Part shown: positions 36,259-43,591 of the stretch, one piece after another
Numbering within the stretch: position 1 is the first letter of the stretch
Layout of the letters: each line of letters starts with the position of its first letter
Source: Bacillota bacterium
GTDB lineage: Bacteria; Bacillota; Clostridia; Christensenellales; CAG-138
Direction of reading: 5' to 3'
NCBI GenBank assembly: GCA_023400985.1
Contig: JAEXEN010000019.1
Span: forward strand, 1,954 to 65,953
DNA: 64,000 bases
Program-made: the position numbers and the translations under genes
The notes under the pieces: model-generated
What the model was told of the DNA's origin: nothing
Seen by the model: the letters and a program-made list of their open reading frames with translations, nothing else
Database searches by the model: none

Positions 36259-38532
36259 ATGAAAACCGATCCTTTGGTACAACGGCTTGTGGACAGCTAC
36301 GGCAGCTGGGTGTGCGACAAACAGGAAAACCGCGCGGGCGGCACGGGGCGTATGACCAAGGAGCTCTACCCCTACGACGCGATGTTTTCCCCTATCCGCA
36401 TCAACCGCGTTACCGTGAAGAACCGTCTCGTGATGGCGCCTATGGGCAACATCGATATGTGCGAGGAAACGGGCAGGCCAAACGACAAGATGCTGCAGTA
36501 TTTCTTCGCGCGGGCACGCGGCGGCGTGGGGCTCATCACGACCGGCCTCATCCCCATCAGCCACGGCGTGGACAGCACGGTGACGGAGCTTGGGAAGCTC
36601 AGCTATTTTCCGCGCATCGACCGCAGCCGCACCGTGTACGCGGGCTGGCGCGACCTCGCGCAGGGCGTCCACGCTTACGGAAGCAAGATATTCGTGCAGC
36701 TTACGGCGGGCTTAGGCCGCGTAGGCAACCCGCAATGCCTCATCAACGAATTGAAGTTTCCCGTTTCGGCCTCGTTCAACCCCAACTTCTACATTCCTCA
36801 GATACCGAGCGTGCGTCTTTCGGACGGCAAGCTTGAAAAGATCATCAAAAACGCGGGGCAGGCCGGCGCGGACGCGATGGCCGCGGGTTTGGACGGCGTA
36901 TATCTGCACGGGCACGAGGGGTATTTGCTGGAACAGCTTACCAACCCCGCCTTCAACCGCCGCAAGCTTGGCCGTTATGCGGACTATATGCGCTTTGGCA
37001 TAGACATGGTGAAGGAATTGAGAAGGCGCACGGACAAAGGCTTTCCCATCATGTACCGCATCGACCTTTCGCTCGCGCTCAACGAGACATACGGCGAAGA
37101 CGGTATGAACAACCCCGCGCTCAAGAAGTTCAAGAACGGGCGCACGGTGGAGGAAACGCTTGCCTATATGGACAAGCTCGTGGAAGCGGGCGTCGATATG
37201 TTCGACGTGGACCTCGGCTGCTACGATAACTGGTGGCTGCCGCATCCGCCTTCCGGCATGCCCGCGGGCTGCTTCCTCGAAGTGGCGCGCGCAGCGAAGG
37301 AGCACTTCGCCAAAAAGAACATACTTTCAAACGCCGGTCTCAGTGTGCCCGTCGTGGCCGTAGGCAAGCTCGGCTATCCGGATATCGCGGAGCGCGCATT
37401 GCGCGAGGGTGATTGCGATATGGTCATGCTCGGCCGTCCGCTCCTCGCCGATCCCGAATGGCCCAACAAGGCCTACGCGGGCAAGGTGGAGGATATCTGC
37501 CCCTGCATCGGCTGCCAGGAAGGCTGCATCAACGAGTTCGTGGAGGGCGGCCACCCGCAATGCGCCGTGAACCCCCGCACGGGCTTCGAGGACGTGCTGC
37601 CGCTTACGCTTCCCGCGGCGGATGTGAAAAAGCATGTGGCCGTCGTCGGCGCGGGCCCCGCGGGCGCAATGCTTGCCGCTGCCGCCGCAAAGCGCGGCCA
37701 CAAAGTGGAGCTTTTTGAAAAGACCGGCTCCCTTGGCGGCAGGATGGTACCGGGCGGTGTGCCCGCCGTGAAGTTCGATATCGAAAACTACGAGAAATAC
37801 CTCGGCCGCGTTGTGGGGGAAGCCGAAAAGAGCAACGGCCTTAAGGTGCATCTCAACACCGCGGTGAGCGTAGAGGAGCTCAAAAAGGCCAAATACGACA
37901 GCATCGTATTCGCCATAGGCACCAAAAACGTTTCGCCGAAGCTACAGGGAATAGAAAAGACGAATACCGTGCAGGCGGCTGATCTCCTCGTTGACGCTAA
38001 GCTTATCGGAGACGCCAAAAACGCCGTCATCGTGGGCGGCGGCGCGGTGGGCTGTGAAACGGCTTACTGGCTCAAATACGAGAAGGGTTTGAACGTAACG
38101 GTCGTGGATATGCTGCCGCACATGATGGACGGCGCATGCACCGCCAACCGCGGCCACCTCATCCATTACCTGAAGAAGGCGGGTGTAAAGCTCATCAACT
38201 GCGCGCGCGTTACCTCCTTCGGCGAGGGAACGGTAAACATTATGCGCAACGTTTCTGCGGGCGTGCCCGATCCCTACAACACATGGCAGCCCATTCTGCC
38301 CAAGAACATCGAAAACCCGCTCGCCAAAAAGATAGGCCCCGAAGAACGCGAGGAATCCCTTCAGGCGGACCTCGTGGTGCTCGCGATGGGCGGGCGTCCC
38401 GACGACGCTATGTTCCTTGAGGCGCAGGAAAAACACGCGGCGGACGGGCTCCACAACATCGGCGACAGCTTTGCGCCCGGCAGGATACTCGAGGCCACGC
38501 GCGCGGCCTACCGCCTCGCGATGACGTTATAA
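36259..38532 (+). CDS. OYE-like FMN / [4Fe-4S] / FAD-NAD(P) oxidoreductase of the 2-enoate reductase / 2,4-dienoyl-CoA reductase family
   Basis: 'VKNRLVMAPMGN', 'LHGHEGYLLEQL', Fe-S motif 'CPCIGCQEGC' and a Rossmann 'VAVVGAGPAGAMLA'. The start is uncertain (36241, 36259 or 36352). Confidence 0.8.
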   Translation: MKTDPLVQRLVDSYGSWVCDKQENRAGGTGRMTKELYPYDAMFSPIRINRVTVKNRLVMAPMGNIDMCEETGRPNDKMLQYFFARARGGVGLITTGLIPISHGVDSTVTELGKLSYFPRIDRSRTVYAGWRDLAQGVHAYGSKIFVQLTAGLGRVGNPQCLINELKFPVSASFNPNFYIPQIPSVRLSDGKLEKIIKNAGQAGADAMAAGLDGVYLHGHEGYLLEQLTNPAFNRRKLGRYADYMRFGIDMVKELRRRTDKGFPIMYRIDLSLALNETYGEDGMNNPALKKFKNGRTVEETLAYMDKLVEAGVDMFDVDLGCYDNWWLPHPPSGMPAGCFLEVARAAKEHFAKKNILSNAGLSVPVVAVGKLGYPDIAERALREGDCDMVMLGRPLLADPEWPNKAYAGKVEDICPCIGCQEGCINEFVEGGHPQCAVNPRTGFEDVLPLTLPAADVKKHVAVVGAGPAGAMLAAAAAKRGHKVELFEKTGSLGGRMVPGGVPAVKFDIENYEKYLGRVVGEAEKSNGLKVHLNTAVSVEELKKAKYDSIVFAIGTKNVSPKLQGIEKTNTVQAADLLVDAKLIGDAKNAVIVGGGAVGCETAYWLKYEKGLNVTVVDMLPHMMDGACTANRGHLIHYLKKAGVKLINCARVTSFGEGTVNIMRNVSAGVPDPYNTWQPILPKNIENPLAKKIGPEEREESLQADLVVLAMGGRPDDAMFLEAQEKHAADGLHNIGDSFAPGRILEATRAAYRLAMTL

Positions 38533-38552
38533 TGAGGGAAGGGGGGAATCGC

Positions 38553-39830
38553 ATGATGAACCTTACGCCTGAGCAGCAGGCGATACTGAACGGCAGTGAG
38601 GGCGAAGTCAAGGCGAAGGTCATGAAGACCCTCGTCATGTACGGCGAGACGTTCGGCGCGGAAAAGATGGTGAAAGTCACAAGCGAAAAGGGCCATCTGG
38701 TGACGTCCTTCGGCCTGTCCGTGATGAAGCCCGTGTTCTCTTTGATGCAGCAGCTTATCGACAGCGGCGCCGTAAGCGCGCAGGGCTTTACGGCCGATCC
38801 TCGTCCGCTCGATAAGAACGTGCCGCAAAGCCTCCTCCAAAAGATCGTGTTTTCCGTGATGTACGGCAGCCAGAAGAATTACGAGGAGCAGTTGCAGGCG
38901 CTTGGCCTTGTAGACGGCGATTCGTTCTCCTGCGCGTGCTATTTGAACGAGCAGGGCAACACGCCCAAAGAGGGCGAGGTCCTAAGCTGGGCGGAGAGCA
39001 GCGCCGTGGTGTATGCCAACAGCATTTTGGGCGCGCGCTGCAACCGCAATTCGGGTATCATCGAGCTTTTCGGCAGCATCGTGGGCTGCGTGCCCTATTT
39101 CGGACTTCTCACCGACGAGGGAAGGAAGGCCGACTGCCTTGTGGAGGTCAAGACCGACACGCTTCCCGAGGCGCAGATACTTGGCAGCGCCATCGGCATG
39201 AAGGCGATGGAGGACGTGCCCTACATCGTGGGGCTTGACCGTTTCTTTCCGGATGGGCTCACGGACAGCGCGCTTTCCTACTTCAAGGATATGGGCGCCG
39301 CCACCGCCTCCAACGGCGCCGTAGGCCTCTACCATGTGGAAAACCTCACGCCGGAGGCCAAGGCGCAGGGCCGCGCGCTTTTAAAGCAAACCGCAAAAAC
39401 CTATACAATCGACGAAGCCGAGCTTACGCGCGTACGCAACGGCTACCCCTGCATCTGGAAGGATAAGGACGCTTTACCCAAGCTTTGCTTCATCGGCTGC
39501 CCGCATCTTTCCTTCAACCAGCTCAACGAGTGGACCGAGCGTATTTCAAAAACCCTCAAGAAAAACGGCAAAAAGAAGGTGACGATCCCGACGGTAATTA
39601 CCACCGCGCCCGGCGTGAAGAAGGCGTTTGAAAGCACGCCCGCGTTTGAAACGCTCAAATCGACCGGCGCGATCCTCTCGGACATCTGCCCGCTCATGTA
39701 TATGAATAACCCCATGTGCAGCGGCATGCCCGTGATCACCAACTCCAACAAGACGCGCACCTACACAAGCGCGCGTTATCATACAGACGCGGAGACACTG
39801 AGCCTTATCACGGGAGGTGCAAACAAATGA
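38553..39830 (+). CDS. Aconitase X catalytic (large) subunit, DUF521
   Basis: 'MNLTPEQQAILNGSEGE' N-terminus and 'AESSAVVYANSILGARCNRNSG' are typical of DUF521/AcnX. Confidence 0.75.
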   Translation: MMNLTPEQQAILNGSEGEVKAKVMKTLVMYGETFGAEKMVKVTSEKGHLVTSFGLSVMKPVFSLMQQLIDSGAVSAQGFTADPRPLDKNVPQSLLQKIVFSVMYGSQKNYEEQLQALGLVDGDSFSCACYLNEQGNTPKEGEVLSWAESSAVVYANSILGARCNRNSGIIELFGSIVGCVPYFGLLTDEGRKADCLVEVKTDTLPEAQILGSAIGMKAMEDVPYIVGLDRFFPDGLTDSALSYFKDMGAATASNGAVGLYHVENLTPEAKAQGRALLKQTAKTYTIDEAELTRVRNGYPCIWKDKDALPKLCFIGCPHLSFNQLNEWTERISKTLKKNGKKKVTIPTVITTAPGVKKAFESTPAFETLKSTGAILSDICPLMYMNNPMCSGMPVITNSNKTRTYTSARYHTDAETLSLITGGANK

Positions 39831-40267
39831 AGACCTTCAAGGGACGCCCCGTCGTACAGGGGAAAGCAAAAGCCGAAGCGCTCGTGTCGCACAACGGGTT
39901 CAACACGCTTGCGAGCTTTCAAAAGGCGCTTTTGTCCAAGGATAAGGACGCCATATGCTCCGACCAGAACAACCCCGACATTTATAAAAAACCCATGCAC
40001 TTAAAGGCGCTCTGCCTGCCGCAGACCATTGGATCCACCACCGGCGGCATGATCCTCTATTGCGCGGCGGAACTCGGGCAGCAGCCGGCGTGTCTTTTGT
40101 TCTCCAAGCCTATCGATTCGCTCGCCGCGGCGGGGGCCATCCTCGCGGGCGTGTGGTCCGATAACCCCATGCCCACGGTTGACAGCCTCGGCGACGATTT
40201 CTTGGCCGCGGTGAAAACCGGCATGACGGTGACGGTGGAGGAAGATGGCACGGTAACGGTGGAGTAG
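39827..40267 (+). CDS. Aconitase X swivel (small) subunit, DUF126
   Basis: 'KGRPVVQGKAKAEALVS' and 'TIGSTTGGMILY' are typical of DUF126. The start overlaps the upstream stop (ATGA). Confidence 0.75.
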   Translation: MKTFKGRPVVQGKAKAEALVSHNGFNTLASFQKALLSKDKDAICSDQNNPDIYKKPMHLKALCLPQTIGSTTGGMILYCAAELGQQPACLLFSKPIDSLAAAGAILAGVWSDNPMPTVDSLGDDFLAAVKTGMTVTVEEDGTVTVE

Positions 40268-40296
40268 CTTTTTACGTAGGAGCTATAAGATCTGCA

Positions 40297-40553
40297 GTGG
40301 GTTAAGATATTCCTAAAATTGTAAACGGAAGGCGTTAAGGGACCAGGAGGGATGTCGCATTAAGCATTTGGGATGTTTCGCCTGCGGCGAAACCCCGGGG
40401 TTCTAAAAAGGCGTCACCGGCGCCTTTTTTGCCCCTTCGGGGCACCGAACCCGCTGTCACGGCGTAAACGCCGTGACAGCCCCCTTAGATCCCTTAACAA
40501 TCCCTTATCCTCCTTAAAACGGCCACTGCGTGGTGCTTTTGGGTAACGGGGTG
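40297..40553 (+). repeat. ~255-nt structured repeat element, copy A (second copy at 53296-53550)
   Basis: Collinear similarity to 53296-53550. Nested inverted repeats: gttaaggga/tcccttaac, gtttcgcc/ggcgaaac, gggttc/gaaccc, aaaaaggcg/cgccttttt and gctgtcacggcg/cgccgtgacagc. Confidence 0.65.
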
Positions 40554-41040
40554 TTGCGTAGGGGCCGGTCTCCGGACGGCCCGCCGTTTCTTTCCGGGGT
40601 ATATGCGGGGCGTCGGGGACGCCGCCCCCTACAAATGAAACGCTGATTCGCATATTGCCGCCAAGGCAACATCCCCGTAGGGACGGATATTATCCGCCCG
40701 CGGTAACCGCCATTACGGCTCGGGCCGATATGGAATGGGCCCTTACAAATAAAACGTTGATTTTCCGGTAAGGCGGGATGATTTTCATCCCGCCGCGTGT
40801 TATCGCCAAAGCAGCATATTCACGTAGGGGACGGGGTGGTTTATCTGCCAGCGGGGACGTAAAAACCACCTAGCAAATACGCGGGCGTCGTTGCGATCGT
40901 CGCAGTAATCCGGACTGTACCCCGTCATCGAGAGCGCAGCGCGGCGATCCGGTTTGACTTGCACCGGCTTCCGGATTGCTTCGTCGCTTCGCTCCTCGCA
41001 ATGACGGGGGAGGCGGCAACGCGGCGGTTCTTTTTTTTTA
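40554..41040. repeat. REP-like array of GC-rich hairpins, including a ~90-nt imperfect palindrome
   Basis: Units such as ggcgggatga-ttt-tcatcccgcc. A long hairpin at 40920-41009 (ccccgtcatcgagagcg...cgctcctcgcaatgacgggg) has a homolog at 53639-53810. Confidence 0.6.
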
Positions 41041-41046
41041 ATCCCA

Positions 41047-41754
41047 TCAATCCTCGTATATCTCCCGCGAACCTTCTATGGCCTCGCCTACGGAGCTTTC
41101 CACACATTTTATCGCGCCTTGCGCATCGCGCGAAACGATGAAGGCGTTCAGCCGCGCGGCGTTGCCGGATAACGATTCCTTGCCGTGCTTTCTTGCAAAC
41201 CGCGCCCATAGGTTTAAAATAGGGGCGCGAAAGGACCGGTAGATGAGCGGCGCGAACGTGTTGCCGCTCACGAGCGCGAGCTCGTGGTAATACCCGTATG
41301 CCGCCTCCGCCGTTTCCTCGGGGGTATTCGCTTCGTCGAATGCATGCAAACGCGCCGAGAGAATTTCTATATCCCCGTCCGGGGCGTTCGTCGCGGCCAG
41401 TTCCGCGGCGAGCCTGTCGAGTACGAGTTTGATCTGCAAAATGGAGCGCACCTCGTCGCGCCGCAGCCTGCCGCCGTTGTAGCGCATGATGGATAAAAGC
41501 GTATCCGCCGTGCCGTTTCGCCGAAAGTCCGATACGGTCGCGCCGATGCGGGGGCGTATCTCCACAAAGCCCTTCTGCTCCATTTCGCTCAAGCCTGCGT
41601 TCACGACCGCGCGGCTTACCTGCATGGCTTTTGCGAGCTCCCGCTCGGGCGGCAGCTTTGTGCCTACTGATAGCTTGCCCGAGAGGATCATACCCTCGAG
41701 CTCCTGTACGAAAAGCTCTTTGAGCGACGGCGCGCTCAGCCTGGGAAATTGCAT
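41047..41754 (-). CDS. GntR-family (FadR/FCD subfamily) transcriptional regulator
   Basis: 'LPPERELAKAMQVSRAVVNAGLSEMEQKGFVEIRP' wHTH and a helical FCD-like C-terminus. ATG 41754 lies 7 nt after GGAGG. Confidence 0.85.
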   Translation of the reverse strand: MQFPRLSAPSLKELFVQELEGMILSGKLSVGTKLPPERELAKAMQVSRAVVNAGLSEMEQKGFVEIRPRIGATVSDFRRNGTADTLLSIMRYNGGRLRRDEVRSILQIKLVLDRLAAELAATNAPDGDIEILSARLHAFDEANTPEETAEAAYGYYHELALVSGNTFAPLIYRSFRAPILNLWARFARKHGKESLSGNAARLNAFIVSRDAQGAIKCVESSVGEAIEGSREIYED

Positions 41755-41772
41755 ATCTTTGCCTCCAATCAT

Positions 41773-41783
41773 TGGTTCAGCCA
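41773..41783. promoter_or_regulatory. Candidate GntR/FadR operator, site 1
   Basis: TGGTTCAGCCA fits the FadR-type TGGT-N3-ACCA pattern. It is adjacent to the gntR start. Confidence 0.45.
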
Positions 41784-41875
41784 CATACCAAAAATATTTT
41801 AGCATTGTTTTTGTGGAAATTCAAGTTTGCGAGAATGCCGAAAAAGGCAAAAATGCAGGGGGATCATGCGTTGTA

Positions 41876-41926
41876 TTGACGAATAAATAACAAAATGTTA
41901 CACTACAGGTAAATCTGGTTCAACCA
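41876..41926 (+). promoter_or_regulatory. Candidate promoter plus GntR/FadR operator site 2 for the membrane-hypB-oxidoreductase-hypA operon
   Basis: TTGACG, 17 nt, TACACT (41899-41904), then the perfect palindrome TGGTTcAACCA at 41916-41926. Confidence 0.55.
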
Positions 41927-41958
41927 ATTCATATCTTTGTGCATTTGGGAGGTTCAGC

Positions 41959-42870
41959 ATGTTTTTGTTCGAGGCGATCCCTTGGTACACTTGGTTGATG
42001 CTTCTTGCCGTAACGGGCGGGCTCATTTTGCTCAACGAGTTTTCTCGCGTCAGCAAATGGACGGCGCTTTTGTGCTTTGCGGTACTCCCGCTTGTTTTGA
42101 CCATATTTGTATGGCCGAATACCGCGGGTGCGGACTCGAGCACGGGCACTTGGTTCCACTGGGTTAAGGTATACTCGGCGCTTGCGGGCTGTTTGGGATT
42201 TTTGCTCATCCGTATGTCCAAAAAAGTGGAGCAAAGCAAGTTCCGCGTCATTTTCCCGCCGCTCATACTCGCCATCAACATACTTGAAGCATGCGTGCGC
42301 GACTTCCAGTGCTTCAGCCTCAACGGCATCGTGGACGGCGTAATGATGGTGGGCGGGCCGTGGAACATCATGAACGGCATAGCGGGTATTTTGAACATCG
42401 CTACCATTACGGGCTGCATGGGCATCTATGTAAGTAATGACAAGCGGCGCGATATGATGTGGCCCGATATGCTCTGGTTCTGGGTGATCGCCTACGATAT
42501 ATGGAACTTCGCCTACGTCTACAATTGCGTGAGCGATCACTCCTTCTACGCGGGCGCGGCGCTTTTGATCGCTCCCACGCTGGCCGCGTTTCTCATCAAA
42601 AAAGGCGCATGGCTCCAGCATAGGGCGCACACCCTCGCGTTTTGGATGATGTTCACCATGGCGTACCCAACGTTTGTGGACGGCACCATCTTCTCGGTAA
42701 AGTCGAGCCATGACCCCGTTGCGCTCTTTATCGTGAGTACAATTGCGCTTGCCGCTAACGTCGCGGTGCTCGCGTACGCAATATACCGCATGAGAAAGTA
42801 CAAGCTCAACCCCCTCAAGCAGGAGATATATACCGATTTGAAGGTATATGCGGAAGTTGCGGCGAAATAA
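41959..42870 (+). CDS. Hypothetical polytopic membrane protein (about 8 TM)
   Basis: Hydrophobic throughout, with a good RBS (GGGAGG). I recognise no transporter signature. Confidence 0.55.
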   Translation: MFLFEAIPWYTWLMLLAVTGGLILLNEFSRVSKWTALLCFAVLPLVLTIFVWPNTAGADSSTGTWFHWVKVYSALAGCLGFLLIRMSKKVEQSKFRVIFPPLILAINILEACVRDFQCFSLNGIVDGVMMVGGPWNIMNGIAGILNIATITGCMGIYVSNDKRRDMMWPDMLWFWVIAYDIWNFAYVYNCVSDHSFYAGAALLIAPTLAAFLIKKGAWLQHRAHTLAFWMMFTMAYPTFVDGTIFSVKSSHDPVALFIVSTIALAANVAVLAYAIYRMRKYKLNPLKQEIYTDLKVYAEVAAK

Positions 42871-42900
42871 ACCGCATCGAATTTCCAAAGGAGAACTGCT

Positions 42901-43581
42901 ATGGATAACTTCAAGATCATCACCATCAAGCAAAGCGTGTTTGAAAGCAACGACCGCGACGCGGAGCTTCTTCGCGGCGAGCTCAGGGAGAAAGGCGTTT
43001 ACCTTCTCAACCTCATGTCGTCGCCCGGGGCGGGGAAGACCACCGTACTCAAAAATACCATTCACGCTTTGAAGGGAAATTTCCGCATCGGCGTGATGGA
43101 GGCGGATATCGATTCCGACGTGGACGCCCGCACCATAGAGACGACCGGCGCGAGGGTCATACAGCTCCACACGGGCGGCATGTGCCATCTCGACGCGGAT
43201 ATGACGCGGCAGGGGTTGCACGGCCTTACGACCGACGCGCTCGACCTCATCTTTTTGGAGAACGTCGGCAACCTCGTATGTCCCGCGGAGTTCGACACGG
43301 GCGCAACGAGAAACGCCATGATCCTAAGCGTACCCGAGGGCGACGATAAGCCTTTGAAGTACCCGCTCATGTTCACCATCTGCGACGCGCTTCTCATCAA
43401 TAAGATCGACGCCGCCGCGCTGTTCGACTTCGACTTTGAAGCCTGCTCCGCGCGCGCGAAAAAGCTCAACCCCAACATTCAAATTTTCCCCGTTTCCGCC
43501 AAGACCGGCGAGGGGATGGACGCGTGGTATGCATGGTTAAAAAACGAGGTCAATACCTACCGCGGCACGCTCAAAAAATAA
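42901..43581 (+). CDS. hypB: Nickel-insertion GTPase HypB
   Basis: P-loop 'SSPGAGKTTVL', 'ENVGNLVCPAEFDTGA' and 'LINKIDAA'. Confidence 0.9.
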   Translation: MDNFKIITIKQSVFESNDRDAELLRGELREKGVYLLNLMSSPGAGKTTVLKNTIHALKGNFRIGVMEADIDSDVDARTIETTGARVIQLHTGGMCHLDADMTRQGLHGLTTDALDLIFLENVGNLVCPAEFDTGATRNAMILSVPEGDDKPLKYPLMFTICDALLINKIDAAALFDFDFEACSARAKKLNPNIQIFPVSAKTGEGMDAWYAWLKNEVNTYRGTLKK

Positions 43582-43591
43582 CGGAGGCAGC

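Noticed and set aside
40270-41045. A possible CRISPR array, or coding ORFs (40414-40653, 40925-41209, 40959-41141), in the repeat blocks. The same question applies to 53200-54035.
   Set aside because: The repeats are hairpin units of varying sequence and spacing, not identical direct repeats with unique spacers, and there are no cas genes. The ORFs are products of palindromic repeats, such as the '...VIARSEATKQS...' and '...CFVASLLAMT...' peptides typical of translated REP-like elements.
41929-43221. A 430-aa minus-strand ORF. Other long minus-strand ORFs are at 43817-44965 and 45332-46258.
   Set aside because: They are antisense to the membrane protein, hypB and the 910-aa Fe-S flavoprotein, all of which have clear family motifs. 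The antisense products are His/Arg/Ala-rich with no recognisable domains.
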